DNA from: Eledone cirrhosa
Taxonomy: Eukaryota
DNA: 64,000 nucleotides
Assembly (NCBI GenBank): GCA_964016885.1
Contig: OZ024741.1
Coordinates: 384,090,001 to 384,154,000, forward strand
Direction of reading: 5' to 3'
The position numbers were made by a program, and so were the translations under genes. The notes below the pieces were generated by a model. It ran no database searches. It saw nothing but the letters and a program-made list of their open reading frames with translations, and was not told the origin of the DNA. Positions 1 to 12,449 of the stretch are shown here, one piece after another (positions within the stretch are counted from its first letter, which is position 1; each line of letters begins with the position of its first letter).

Positions 1-3000
1 AGGATGGAAAAACCGTCCTTCCTCTACAAGAAGTAAGGTAAGTGGTCTTTCCCATCTTTTCCACTCCTTTTCAACATGACCTCACTCAGAATAAGCAGCA
101 TAAATGCGCGTGGCTTGGGGTCGTCATGGAAGCAGGGCCACCTGCTCAACGACCTCAGGTCACTAAACATAGATGTAGTGGCCATCAGCGAGACCAGAAT
201 CTCCGAAGCACGGGCCTTCGCACCGATCTTCGGCGGCTACGATGTGTACGCATCTCCCAGCCGTCCGGGATAGGGGGAGGAGTTGCTGTGCTTTTTCGGA
301 GAGGTTTGGATCTTGCCATACGGGCCATCTTCCTGGACCCAGAAGGTAAGTTGGTGGTGCTGGACGTGACCAGCGGAGACGGGCAAGCTTTCAGGTTAGT
401 GGCCGTCTATGCCCCGAGAGGAGCAGGGCGGCCTGATTTCTTCCGGCGTCTAGAGACCTTTCTTGGAACGTCCCGCTCTTTAATGTTAGTGGGCGACTGG
501 AACGGGATCTTAGATACACGCTGGGATTGTGTGGGATTAGTGGATAGGGAAGGAGGGTGCAAGAGTCTCACCAACCTGCTCAGGCGTTTTGAACTGTCTG
601 ACAGGTACCGATTAGATTTCCCGAATGTACCAATGTGGACTTGGACAAATCGCATAGGGTCATCCAGGTCATATCTAGATAGAGTATTTTGTAGGGAAAT
701 AGATAGATCTAGCATAGGCTGTCCATAATTCAAGATAGTCAGCTACACGGACCACAAACTCGTGATCTGGGTGCTTGACTTAGATAGGCTTCATAGACGA
801 GGACCCGGCTACTGGAAGCTAAACGCGTCCTTACCAGCGCGTAAGGCCTACAGAGACCGGATTAGCGAACTAGTTAAGCGGGCGTTGACGGGGGCCATCG
901 TCAACAACAAGTGGTGGTTTGCTCTGAAAAGAGCAATTAGAATAGAGTCCATTAGGTTTAGTAAGGCTTTAGCAATAGAGAAAAATAGAGCAGAGGGAGA
1001 ATTAGTTAGAAAATTAGACGAGGCGCTTTGCAAAGGCATCGCGACCGACGTACTTGCGGCGAAATTGGCCCTTGACCAATTCTTCAATGCAAAGCACGAA
1101 GGCTGCGTTGTCAGAGCTAGGGTGCGTGCTCTCAGACACGAGGGGACGAAAGCCGTTCAATGGGCCCGAGTGGCGGAGGCGCGTCGTTGCAACAAAGCCA
1201 CGATCCGGTCTTTGGTGGACCACGACGGGCGCATGCTACTCGATCCCGGGCAAATGTGTGAAGCTTTTCAACGACACTTCGCTCAACTGTTCGGGGGAAG
1301 TGGCGAGCCGGATCAAGGGATGGACTTTAGTATCTACCTCGACGGACTGCCGCGGCTCTCGGCCACTGAGGCGGAGTGTTGCGAAAAGCCGATAACAACC
1401 GCTGAAGTACCGGAGGCAATGACTGGCTGCACAAGGGGTAAATCGCCTGGTTTAGATGGTCTGCCCTATGAACTTTACGTACAAATGCCAGACTTGTTCG
1501 GAGGCCTCTTGGCGGACGTCTACTGCAACTGGCAACAGAACGGGAGAATTCCCAGCCTTGTGAGCCGAGGAGCGGTGGCGCTGCTAAGAAAGGATCCGAA
1601 CAAGGGGATAACATAGATAATTTTAGGCCCATAACTCTGCTAAACACAAAGTTCAAGATTTTGGCCAAGGTGCTAGCAAGAGGTTGGCGCTTGTCGTTGG
1701 TGGTCTGGTGGGAGAGGCACAGACATGCGCCATTCCCGACAGATCCATCCACGACAACCTCCACCTCATGCGATACATTGTAGAGAGGGTAGCTAGGGAA
1801 CCTGGCACGGGTGGGTCTTTCATCAATTTAGATCAGTCGAAAGCCTTCGATAGGGTCGACCATTGTTACCTAGCGGCAGTCCTGAGGGCGGCTGGCTTTG
1901 GGCCCGTCTTCAGAGGCTGGATCGCTGCCATGCACAGCGACATCTGCTCTGTAGTGAGAGTGAACGGTCACCTTTCGGAACCGTTCAACATCATGCGCTC
2001 TGTCCGCCAAGGATGTCCCCTCTCGTCCCTATTGTACGTATTGACTCTCGAGCCATTACTGCACAAACTGGAGACGTTGAGGGGGTCCCGCGAGAACTAG
2101 GATGCGGAAGATCCGTGTCAGCATATGCGGACGATGTCACCGTAGTGGTGTCGAACGCCAAACACATCGAGGCGATCGGCACTACACTAAGAGAATACGA
2201 AGCGGTGACAGGAGCAATGATCAACCAGGAAAAGTCAGTGGGGCTGCAGCTCGGCACCTGGAGAGGCAGGTCCATGCCGTCCAACAGCGTCGACGGGCGC
2301 TGGACGGACGGACCGGTTAAATTGCTAGGGGTCTGGTTCGGTACACACCTCCAGACGGACAAAAACTGGGACGAGGTGACGAGCAGGGTGGCTTCTCTCA
2401 CCCAGAAATGGGTCGAGAGGAAGCTATCCCTGAAAGGTCGAGCGGAGGTGGCTAACGCGTACATCGCGTCCGTCATCTACTACCGCCTGACCGTCGTACC
2501 TTGTCCTAAGCCCCACCTGACTGCGCTGGAGCGTTTGCTCTTTCGCTTCTTGTGGAAGGGATGCGCTCCGATGGTCAGGCGGTCCATCTGCTGTCAACAC
2601 CCGCTACGTGGAGGGCTGGGCATGCCGTGGATGATGATGCGCAGACACGCGCTCAGGCTACGACATCTCCACTTCTTCCTCGACGGTGATCAGGTGTGGT
2701 CGTCGTTTGCTAGTCGCGTCTTTCCCCAGCTCGTCTCCTTGACGGAGCTGCAGTCCTGGGTGAAGCGAAGACCGAGAGGGAGCGCTTGGAGACTGGAATG
2801 TCTTCAGGCGCTCACAGCCCTCGATCAATCGGGGATTAGTGGAGGGTAAGAGCGACGACGTACTTGGAGAAACTCCAGGCGTCGACGAAAATCAACCAGC
2901 CAATCTCTTCGGAAGGACTTTCGGGCCGGGGCCTATGGACAACTTCCAGAAATCCCTGGCCTGGCAGTGCTACCGGGGTGCTTTGCCAGTTCGTGATAAA

Positions 3001-3712
3001 CTCTACAGGCATGGAGGTGCCATCAGCCAGGCATGTCCGAGATGCGCACAGGGCGACGAAACCGTCCTGCACGCACTCGTCCAGTGTCCGAGCATTGCTG
3101 ACTTGTGGGTTTATGTCGAACACCTGCTGTCACATGTAGGATGGATCCAGCTATCAGCTGAGTCCATCGTGAGGATTGCCCCGCCCTCTTCCTTTAGCCG
3201 GGAAGGGCAGGCAGTTTTTATCTGTCTGGTGGCCATGGCGAAAGAGATAGTATGGTGGACACGTTTGAAAGGGCTGAAGACGAGCACTTACCTCTTCGGT
3301 GATGCCCTGATTAACTTTTTCAAATTTCATTTGAAAAGGAAAATCAGGGTAGAGAGGGAAGTGCTCTCTTCCCAGCATTTTGTTGAAAGATGGTTGAGAG
3401 AAGCAAGTATGGCCCGAATGAATGGGCCTTCTCTGAGTATGTGTCTGTAAATTAAAGGTGGAAAACTGGGAGAGGGCACTTGCCCTGGTGGTCAGGGTCA
3501 CTGTGGTCTTTTAATGGGCTTTCTCCACAATGTCCCTCGGAAGTCTCCCCCCTATTGGGGAATTTTTCTTTGTTATTTTATTACATCCTCTGTTTTTTAC
3601 ACGCAGAAATGCCCATTTGTACCGTCCTGTATTGTCCTGTACTGTCCTTAATGTCTACTTTATGTAAACCCTTGTGGTTAATAAAGAAAACATTATTATT
3701 ATTATTATTATT
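1..3712 (+). mobile_element. L1/Tx1-type non-LTR retrotransposon (end of ORF1, ORF2, 3'UTR, AATAAA, (ATT)n tail); 5' part lies outside the window
   Basis: APE, RT and Zn-knuckle domains occur in order. AATAAA at ~3680 is followed by (ATT)n at 3692-3712. Confidence 0.92.
76..3450 (+). pseudogene. ORF2 (APE endonuclease - reverse transcriptase - CCHC knuckle), broken by several frameshifts/stops
   Basis: Motifs spread over ORFs 76-273, 42-728, 762-1616, 1684-2100, 1863-2849 and 2839-3450: SINARGL, VAISET, LVGDWN, SYLDRVF, GYWKLN, KSPGLDGLPYE, LDQSKAFDRVDH, VRQGCPLS, AYADDV, CPRC..DETVLHALVQCP. Confidence 0.92.
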
Positions 3713-3717
3713 AGTCA

Positions 3718-4128
3718 TGTGGATTGGCAGAATCGCTAGAGGGTCAGACGCCATGCTTTGCAGCATAGAGTTACGGCCCTTTAAGGTCTGAGTTCAAATC
3801 TCGCCGAGGCTAACTTTGCCTTTCGTCCTTACGGGGTCGATAAAACAAAGCACTAGAAACGTACTGGGGTCGATTTAATCGACTCTCTCCTCCCTCCGAA
3901 TTTCTGGCCTTATGCCTATACTAGAAATCATTATTATTCGGTGGATTGGCAGTATCGGTAGAGGGTTGGGCGCCATGCTTTGTAGCACAGTTACGTCCCT
4001 TTACGGACTGAGTTCAAATCCCGCCGAGGTTAACTTTGCCTTTCATCCTTACGGGGTCGATAAAATAAAGTACCAGTAATGTACTGGGATAATTGCTGGC
4101 CTTGTGTCAAAAGTAGAAACAATTATTA
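3718..4128 (+). mobile_element. Two tandem copies of a tRNA-head SINE (family S1, octopus OK/OR-like)
   Basis: A-box-like tggcagaatcg, B-box gagttcaaatc, conserved core aactttgcctttcatccttacggggtcgataaaa, and a short (att)n tail. About 20 copies occur in the window. Confidence 0.8.
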
Positions 4129-4493
4129 GTCAGGTTCGATGTTCGAATATAAATGATGAATAGAAGTAGCAGATATATCATTTTGGCAGTATTAAGCATT
4201 CGAAATTTCGATATCTTGCGGCAAACTCATACTAGTCTAGGAGCGGTGTCATTGAACTTGGCAGTGTTTTTCATAGAGTAGCCGACTTAATTTTTGCCCT
4301 AAGTTACAGCGTTTATTTATAATTATATTACCTAATGAATTAATGATCACGGTATAATTGGTCGTGTTGGTTTAGAAGGGTGTTTACAGAAGAACCATAT
4401 TATGGATTACGCAAGTAGTGTGGTGCTCAGATGTGTATGCATATGTATATATACACACACAGACACACTCACACACACATATATATATATATA

Positions 4494-4498
4494 TGTGT

Positions 4499-4572
<74 letters not shown>
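4494..4572. repeat. (GT)n microsatellite
   Basis: Direct reading. Confidence 0.95.
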
Positions 4573-4575
<3 letters not shown>

Positions 4576-4666
4576 TTTGTTTGTGTGTGTAAACGTGTCT
4601 GTATCTGTATCACGCACACACATACATACATATTATATAATATCATTTCATTATTTTATTAAAACA

Positions 4667-4970
4667 TCAGTAATGCACTGGGGTCGATTTAATCGACTTT
4701 CCCCTTCAGATTGCTGGCCTTGTGCCTAAAGTAGAAACAATTATTATTAGGGCGGTGGGTTGGCAGTATCAGTAGAGGGCAGACACCATAATTTGTAGCA
4801 TAGTGTTATGGCCCATTACGTTATGAGTTCAAATCCTGCCAAGGTAAACTTTGCCTTTCATCCTTACGGGGTCGATAAAATACAGTGCCAATGCTGCACT
4901 GGGGTCGATTAAATCGACTTTCCCCTCCCCTTCAAATTGCTAGCCTTGTGCCTAAAACAGAAACCATTAT
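4667..4970 (+). mobile_element. SINE S1 3' fragment plus one full copy (4750-4970)
   Basis: Same head and core motifs as 3718-4128. Confidence 0.78.
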
Positions 4971-5267
4971 TTAATCATCTTATTTTTTAACTAAAACATG
5001 GCCATGCAAAACATTACACTTCCCTATTAGGGATGTATAATTTACTGAGAACTAATCGCTAAGTGCAAACTTATAAGTATATATAACCATATGAGACGTA
5101 ACTGCTATTAAATTGAGGTGTGTTTGTCAGGTTTATAGTTAAAGTACACCTCTATGACATGCAATTTCAGAATCGACAGTCGATCGACTTTCGTCAAATC
5201 GGACCGAGGGAACAATGTTTCCATTGTTCTTTCCAATTGCTAATACTCTATATCGGTCGCAACCCCA

Positions 5268-5395
5268 GGTAGAAGGATAAACGTGAAATAAAGTGTCTTG
5301 CTCAAGGACATAACGCATCGCCCTGTCCGGGAATCGAACTCACAACCTCACGATTGCGAATCTAATTCTCTAACCACTCAGCCACACGCCTTCAC
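5268..5395 (-). mobile_element. 5' part of a second tRNA-head SINE family (S2)
   Basis: Reverse complement reads ggcgtgtggctgagtggttag...gagttcgattcccgg...gtccttgagcaagacacttt. It matches the full copy at 50832-51112. Confidence 0.65.
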
Positions 5396-5489
5396 AAAAA
5401 TTAGTGTAGTTCCTGGTCGAGATTGAACCCCAGACCAGGACCTCCATCGTCTCTTATACCTTCCACTAGGCCGCAGAGACAAATTAACG

Positions 5490-5553
5490 TTCCCATGCCG
5501 GGAATCGAACCCGGGCCGCCTGGGTCAAAGCCAGGAAGTTCAGAATATATGGA
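5490..5553 (-). pseudogene. tRNA-Glu-derived pseudogene (D-arm deleted, anticodon loop altered)
   Basis: Minus strand ttcctggctttgacccaggcggcccgggttcgattcccggcatgggaa matches the 3' two-thirds of metazoan tRNA-Glu. The 5' part is degenerate. Confidence 0.7.
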
Positions 5554-5862
5554 TCAAATACACCCCAAAACATTTTCTAATTTTTTTTTTAAAGTGAGTG
5601 ACCTATAAGATAGAGTGAATATGATATTACTGAGTTACCAACTGGAAACTGAAGGTGTAATGCCTCATATTGATAACGTATGTCTTCTCCATTAGGTGGC
5701 TATTAATGTCTGCTGCGTTAGAAGAGTTCGAGACTGGGTTATCCGCGTATGGTTTGGCGAATTTGGAGGGTGAGTACGGTTTATTTGGCAGAACTACAGG
5801 TTGGCGTTCGGTTTAGGGTATTTGCTGAGAGAGAGTAGACTGATTGGTCTTTTTTTTTTACA

Positions 5863-5903
<41 letters not shown>

Positions 5904-5913
5904 GGAGGGGGGG

Positions 5914-5944
<31 letters not shown>

Positions 5945-6132
5945 GGAAAAGAGTCAGAACCTCGACGGCTGAGCTCCGGCCGTTTCGACAGCTAGATCCG
6001 AACTCTACTACTCTAAGTATATATATATATAGTGGTGGAACACTGGAAGGTAATATCCGTAGTGGTAGAGCAGTCAGTCCATGGTACGAGTTAGGTATAT
6101 ATATATATTTATATATATATATATATATTTAT

Positions 6133-7016
6133 AGAAAGATTTGAATGGATACAGTTTAGTTGAAAGGAATTTATTGACACGTGTTTCTATAACAGTTACA
6201 TAACCTAAAACAGCTGCTATCTACAAACTTTTAGTTATGCAGACATTCAATATTTCAATGTTATTATTTAATGTCATTTCATCAGAATAATATTACTGAG
6301 GACCTATTTAGTTTTTATAGAGAATATTAGGAGGGAGGGGTGAAGTTGTTAGAAGAATAGTTGAAGGAGTGGTTTTTCGATAGCAGTGAGAATTCTTGGT
6401 GGCAGTGAGTAATTAGATTCCCATCTGTTGTTTTGACATTTTTTATATAGAATATATTATTGGTTATTTTCCTAAATCTATAGAAGGATTAGAGATAGTA
6501 AAGATATGCGTGGTTGGTTTTGTGTTTGCACTTAATTAACATTCAGACTTTTACCCTAAAATGGGAAAAATTAGCTAAAACCCAAAGCTTTTCCAGGAGC
6601 CAGAATTTCTGCAAATTGTGTAATCTTGAGATTTATTACATAATCACACACAAGAAGAAACTGCTGAATAACAGAATTGAACGAACATTATTCTGCCGTC
6701 ACAGAACTAAAACCCTTTTTTCCCACTACAAGCCGAATATTACATAAAAGAGGGACATCCCCCAACTATATAAACCTTAATCTAGTTAGAAAAATATAAA
6801 AACAATCTCTTCTCAACATATATTAATAACCTTAAATTACCACACTAATAATGGAAAGATATGCTGATGAGAATAGGTACAAATATGCGATAATGAATGT
6901 GTCTAAAAACGTCCATAAGTATGTATATATATGTGAAAATGTATATAAATAAGTAAATATATATATATATGTTTGATGTGTATAGTTAGATGTAAGTGTA
7001 TTCATGTATTAAAGTG

Positions 7017-7081
<65 letters not shown>

Positions 7082-7910
7082 ATATGTGTATATGGATGTG
7101 TATGTATGTGTATGTGTGTACACATGGACTAGAGTATGTATGTATATATGTGTGTGTCTATACGTGTGTATATAAAGATAAGTTGAGTATGAAAATGTAT
7201 ACACATGAGCGCGTATGTATGTACATGAATACATGTGTGTATATATATGTGTATGCATGTGTATATATATGTAAGTATGAATATGTGAATTGTGAGTATA
7301 TGTATTTTGTAGAGGTGTGCAAATATATTTGTGTGTGAATGCGTGGGTGAAAGGATACGTACACTTGAAAGAAAAATTTAAGTCTGAATGTTAATTAAGT
7401 GCAAACACAAAACCAACCACGCATATCTTTACTATCTCTAATCCTTCTATAGATTTAGAAAAATAACCAATAATACATTCTATATAAAAAATGTCAAAAC
7501 AACAGATGAGAATCTAATTACTCACTGCCACCAAGAATTCTCACTGCTATCGAAAAACCACTCCTTCAACTATTCTTCTAACAACTTCACCCCTCCCTCC
7601 TAATATTCTCTATAAAAACTAAATAGGTCCTCAGTAATATTATTCTGATGAAATGACAGTAAATAATAACATTGAAATATTGAATGTCTGAATAACTAAA
7701 AGTTTGTAGATAGCAGCTGCTTTAGGTTATGTAACTGTTATAGAAACACGTGTCAATAAATTCCTTTCAACTAAACTGTATCCATTCAAATCTTTCTATT
7801 TTTCTCCGGATTACTTTTGGAACTACAACTGGAACCGTCGAGCAAACTCTACGTGAGCTGATAATCTACTGTGTGTAATATTTATATTACAACACAACGG
7901 AAAATACTGT
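6133..7910 (+). mobile_element. 5'-truncated Naiad-type Penelope-like element with inverted pseudo-LTR (arms ~6133-6550 and ~7380-7798), flanked by (AT)n
   Basis: 6560-6747 encodes KWEKLAK..FCKLCNLEIYYI..LLNNRIERTLFCRH, a Naiad-like endonuclease C-terminus (CxLC..E..LN.R.E...CRH). A ~420 bp inverted repeat and a hammerhead-like core at 7641-7686 are present. Confidence 0.75.
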
Positions 7911-7953
7911 ATATATATATTTATATATATATATATTTATATATATATATATT

Positions 7954-7986
<33 letters not shown>

Positions 7987-8043
7987 ATTTATATATATAT
8001 ATATTTATATATATATATTTATATATATATATATATTTATGTT

Positions 8044-8075
<32 letters not shown>

Positions 8076-8084
8076 TATATCTAT

Positions 8085-9669
8085 AATGAAAAATTTGAAC
8101 AGGGACAGAACAGAGAGGCAGTACAATAAATGTTTATTAAATTCACGCTCAGGAGAGTGGGGGGTAGGTGGGGGACGACGTTTCGGGCATAAGCCCTTCT
8201 TCAGGTGAGAAGTGTGTGGGAACAGAGTTCAAAAGGTGTGTAGGGGAGTGGTGGAGAGACATATAGCGAAAGGAAACGGTGCGAATGAAAAATTAGCAAA
8301 TAAAGACAAAAAATATAATAAATAATAAAAATAAAGCATGATCAAAATACAAGGAATGAGAAGATTTAAAAATAAAGGCATGATCAAAATAAACTGAAAT
8401 TAAAAGGGGGGTAAACAGGTGGTGGAAGGGTGTGGGGTGAGTAGGGGTGGTGGCAGGTGGAGTGGGGAGAGGGAGACGGGGTGTCCGAGCAGGGAGGGTT
8501 GAAGGTGGTGTGTGTGGTTAGGTGTGCGTGTGTGTGTGTATGTGAAAGTGAGGGTTGGGGGAAGAACGGGGTTACATGTTCAGGAAGGTGTGTGTGTGTG
8601 GGGGGGGGGTTGTGGGTCGGAGTGTCTGTGAGTGTGTGGATAGGGGGGTGGGAGGAGAGGAATCAGGAGGCTGAGGGTGTAAATATGTGGTGGGAAGCAC
8701 GTGTGTGTGGTTTAAGCGTGTTGTGGGTGTGGGTGGCGTGTGGAGAAAAAAAATGTTTTGGGGTGTGTGTGTGGGTGAGTTATATAGGTGATGGCGTAAG
8801 AGGATGGTTGAAAAGTTGGTAAGTTCCACGGATGTTTGGAGATTTGGTTAGAAGTCAACTTCGCGTGTGGGTAATCCAAGAAGCGGTGGTCGGAAGAGGA
8901 GAGATGTGGGGTGCGCGCGCAACAGGAAGTGGTCAGCAGTGGGAGTGCTGTGGTCAGTTGGTGCTGAGAGGTGGTCGGAAGGGCATAGCAGCAGTCGGTG
9001 GAATGGTAGGGAGGCGAGGATGGGTAGGTGTGAGAGTTGGAGTAAGGAGGGTGTGTGTGTGTGTGTGTGTGTGTGTATTAGTAGGGGTGTTAGTGGGATG
9101 AGTGAGTGTGGAGAGGGGGTGTGGGTGGAGCGGGGAGAGAAGGGTGTGTGTGGTTCTATGGAGGGAGTGTGGTGTACTGGTGTGTGTGTAGTTTGGTGAA
9201 GAGGTGTTAGTGGGTGTTAGTATACGGGAGGTGGGGAGGGGTGGAATGCAGGTGTGAGTGGGGGTTAGTGGTGGTAGGGTGTGTGGAGTTGGTGGTGTAC
9301 GAGGGTGTGTGGGTACGTGTGCGTGGGGTTGGGGGGTGTTAGTGATGTTAGTTGCGTGTGGGGTGGGTGGTGTAAGTGGGTGCGTGTGTGCGTGTGATAA
9401 GGAGGGGGAGGAGGAGAAGAGGGGAGGGAAGGGATGTTAGTATGTTAGTTGGGGAAGGGTGGTCAGATGAGGGGTGGAGTGGAGGTGTTAGTATTGTTAG
9501 TGTGGGGTGGGCGGTGAAAAGGAGGGGTGTGTTAGTGGTGTTAGTGGGGGATAAGTGTGGGGGGAGGGGGCGATCAAACGCTAAAGGAATAAGGGTGGGG
9601 AGTTCAGGCCGGGGGGAGTGTGGGTCTGTAAGATGAAGATAGTGCGTTGTTCGACCGTAAGGCGATGGG

Positions 9670-9672
<3 letters not shown>
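8085..9672 (-). mobile_element. 5'-truncated Penelope-like (Neptune-type) element: GIY-YIG C-terminus, long low-complexity 3'UTR, hammerhead; flanked by (AT)n
   Basis: Minus strand from 9673 translates to [30 protein letters not shown] (R..E...I..L.T..P.GLN). Hammerhead core at 8175-8206. Confidence 0.75.
8175..8206 (-). ncRNA. Minimal hammerhead ribozyme motif
   Basis: ac CTGAAGA a gggc-ttat-gccc GAAAC GTC gt. Stem I is only 2 bp. Confidence 0.65.
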
Positions 9673-9717
<45 letters not shown>

Positions 9718-9732
9718 ATATATATATATATA

Positions 9733-9795
9733 TACCTAACTCGTCCCATGGACTGACTGCTCTACCACTACGGATATTACCTTCCAGTGTTCCAC

Positions 9796-9859
<64 letters not shown>

Positions 9860-10008
9860 CAGATATTATATATATATAGTGGTGGAACACTGGAATAAAT
9901 ATCCGTAGTGGTAGAGCAGTCAGTCCATGGGACGAGTTAGGTAGAAGTGGTTACACAACAGTTAGTTCACCATACCGAGAACAATCGGTATGGTGAACTA
10001 ACTGTTGT
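9733..10008. repeat. Fragments of (AT)n-embedded family A (also 6031-6096, 11763-11957, 23424-23590)
   Basis: Shared gtggtggaacactggaaggtaatatccgtagtggtagagcagtcagtccatgggacgagttagg in both orientations, with small fold-backs. Confidence 0.8.
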
Positions 10009-10039
<31 letters not shown>

Positions 10040-10182
10040 TATTAAAAAAATAATGAATAAACAAAGAAACAGTTCCTTATATTAAACAAAAAAAGTTCAT
10101 TATTTTAAGATCGTTTCTAGGACATATATGTGTTAGAATTGGTATGCATATTCAAAAGATCTATGTACAAAATTATACAAAC

Positions 10183-10231
<49 letters not shown>

Positions 10232-10236
<5 letters not shown>

Positions 10237-10640
10237 GAGTTAAACGAGATTCACTGAGTACATAAAAGAATAAGTTTTACAGTAGATTGGAAGCACTCTA
10301 CAAATAAAATATTTTCCAGAGTTATTAATATTAAAATACAAATATTAATAAAATAGATGTTCTTTTGATCAATTAAATTTTATTATACATATTTCAGAGG
10401 TACAACAGTACATTCTCATCAGACAAAATATAATGATACATGACATTCCCTGATATGTTAAATGGTTAAGATTTAATCACTATCTTGATTAAATTTTAAC
10501 TATTTATTATCTCAGGGTATGTCACGTATCATTATATTTTGTCTGATGAGGACGTACTGTTGTACCTCTTAAATATGTATAATAAAATTTAATTTATCAA
10601 AAGAACATCTATTTTATTAATATTTGTATTTTAATATTTA
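10232..10640. mobile_element. Fold-back element (arms ~10327-10480 / ~10490-10638) with hammerhead-like core in each arm
   Basis: Imperfect inverted repeat. ctgatgag..gtac-tgtt-gtac..ct(g)aaatatgta at ~10540-10580 (+) and ~10385-10425 (-). Confidence 0.65.
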
Positions 10641-10664
10641 TATATATATATATATATATATATA

Positions 10665-11324
10665 GATTTTGAGTTTATGTTGGTTGTATACCAACACCTC
10701 AGTATGCAGGCTGGAGCACTCGACGAAGTGCGCAGGTTGGTTTGGTTACTCCGGAGTAGTGTAAAATAAAGTTAAATAAAAGTCAAATGATTAAAATTTA
10801 GCTTCGTTTATTACTGCTATATATATTTCAGTGACAGCCATCTTTGGCTGTGACCTCTTCAGGCAGTTTGAATTAGTATGGTATAGACAAGTACATATGT
10901 TGTTTAGGTGTATGATATTGTCAATACTCTGATATGCCCAGTTCCTTGTTGGGTTGTTAATTCACTGGGGAACTGGAGTCATATGAATTCAAACAAACGA
11001 ATTTTAGTGTCACAGGTCCCCTTCTCCTCTCATTGGTCAGTTATTATAATAACTGACCAATGAGAGGAGAAGGGGACCTGTGACACTAAAATTCGTTTGT
11101 TTGAATTCATATGACTCCAGTTCCCCAGTGAATTAACAACCCAACAAGGAACTGGGCATATCAGAGTATTGACAATATCATACACCTAAACAACATATGT
11201 ACTTGTCTATACCATACTAATTCAAACTGCCTGAAGAGGTCACAGCCAAAGATGGCTGTCACTGAAATATATATAGCAGTAATAAACGAAGCTAAATTTT
11301 AATCATTTGACTTTTATTTAACTT

Positions 11325-11331
<7 letters not shown>
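10665..11331. mobile_element. Perfect ~570 bp palindrome (centre 11046/11047) plus ~97 bp unpaired tail; hammerhead-bearing family H
   Basis: 10762-11046 is the reverse complement of 11047-11331. (AT)n lies on both sides. A second family member is at 35850-36330. Confidence 0.88.
11226..11280 (+). ncRNA. Type I hammerhead ribozyme (mirror copy 10813-10867 on -)
   Basis: actgc CTGAAGA ggtcacagcc-aaagat-ggctgtcact GAAA tatata TA gcagt: 5-bp stem I, long stem II, palindromic stem III. Confidence 0.85.
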
Positions 11332-11371
<40 letters not shown>

Positions 11372-11699
11372 ATCTGATGTACTAGCACGCCATCCAGAAC
11401 TTTCCATTACTGGGAGGCGAACTCCTGTTGATGACGCACTCCCCGACAACATTACCTAATTGCTGCACATGGCGGTTCTGCTCGGACCATCGCCAGTACA
11501 ACGGAATCGTAGAAACTGGTACATTGGTCCGGTTATCTCAATTTTCCAACTCTCACGAAGTCGTCTTTCTCACTAATAAACGTAGGTGCAAACTTTAATC
11601 GGTTAGGTTCGAATTTTAATAATACGGATTTAATTAGATTATTGAGTGAGGAAACGACCGAAGTTGTGTCCATACTATTCGATAAGCTTCGTCTTTTAA

Positions 11700-11744
<45 letters not shown>

Positions 11745-11978
11745 TAATAAAATATATATATAAGTAGTAACAAAACAGTTAGTCACCATACCGAGAACAA
11801 TTGTTTCACCTTGCGGATCTTCAGCGCTTGGACTCCGCAAGGGGGAACAATTCTTCTCGGTATGGTGAACTAACTATTGTGTTGCTACTTCTACCTAACT
11901 CATCCCATGAACTGAGTGCTCTACTAATACGGATATAACTCTCCAGTGTTCTACCTTTATATATATATATAGATATAG

Positions 11979-12010
<32 letters not shown>

Positions 12011-12021
12011 CTGTGTGTATA

Positions 12022-12399
12022 GGGGAAAAAGATGAAATCGAAAATGCAACTGGAGTCTTTTTTTTTTAAATATATATATTTATTTGGTTCCTTTACCAGT
12101 TTCGCAGTTCTTCTGCTTTTCAAAAGTAGAGTTGAGATGGAGGGTCTGTGGTTTTTCTCACAGAGTTGAGATAGAGGGTCTGTGGGTTTTTTCACAGATG
12201 TGAGAAAAACCACAGACCCTCCATCTCAACTCTACTTTTGAAAAGCAGAAGAACTGCGAAACCGGTAAAGGAACCAAATAAATATATATATTTTAAAAAA
12301 AAAAGACTCCAGTTGCATTTTCGATTTCATTTTTTTTCTTTATACTTTCACTCGTGTGGACACCTCGGTTATTTTTCATTTTGTAAAAAAAAACCTCAC

Positions 12400-12406
<7 letters not shown>
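12022..12406. mobile_element. Fold-back element family B (second copy 23634-23866)
   Basis: 12026-12152 is inverted to 12199-12335, with an internal ~43 bp duplication and an unpaired tail 12336-12406. Confidence 0.8.
12235..12270 (+). ncRNA. Hammerhead ribozyme motif, U3-A8 core variant (mirror 12091-12126 on -)
   Basis: ctt TTGAAAA gcag-aagaa-ctgc GAAA ccgg TA aag. Confidence 0.7.

Positions 12407-12444
<38 letters not shown>

Positions 12445-12449
<5 letters not shown>

Noticed and set aside
5490-5553. Functional tRNA (Glu body with TTG anticodon)
   Set aside because: The D-arm/A-box is missing, so it was treated as a pseudogene and not an anticodon-shifted tRNA.
10665-11331. MITE/foldback DNA transposon interpretation of the palindromes
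   Set aside because: Arms are asymmetric (one-sided tail), the turn point varies between copies, and hammerheads plus GIY-YIG remnants point to PLE-type retroelements.
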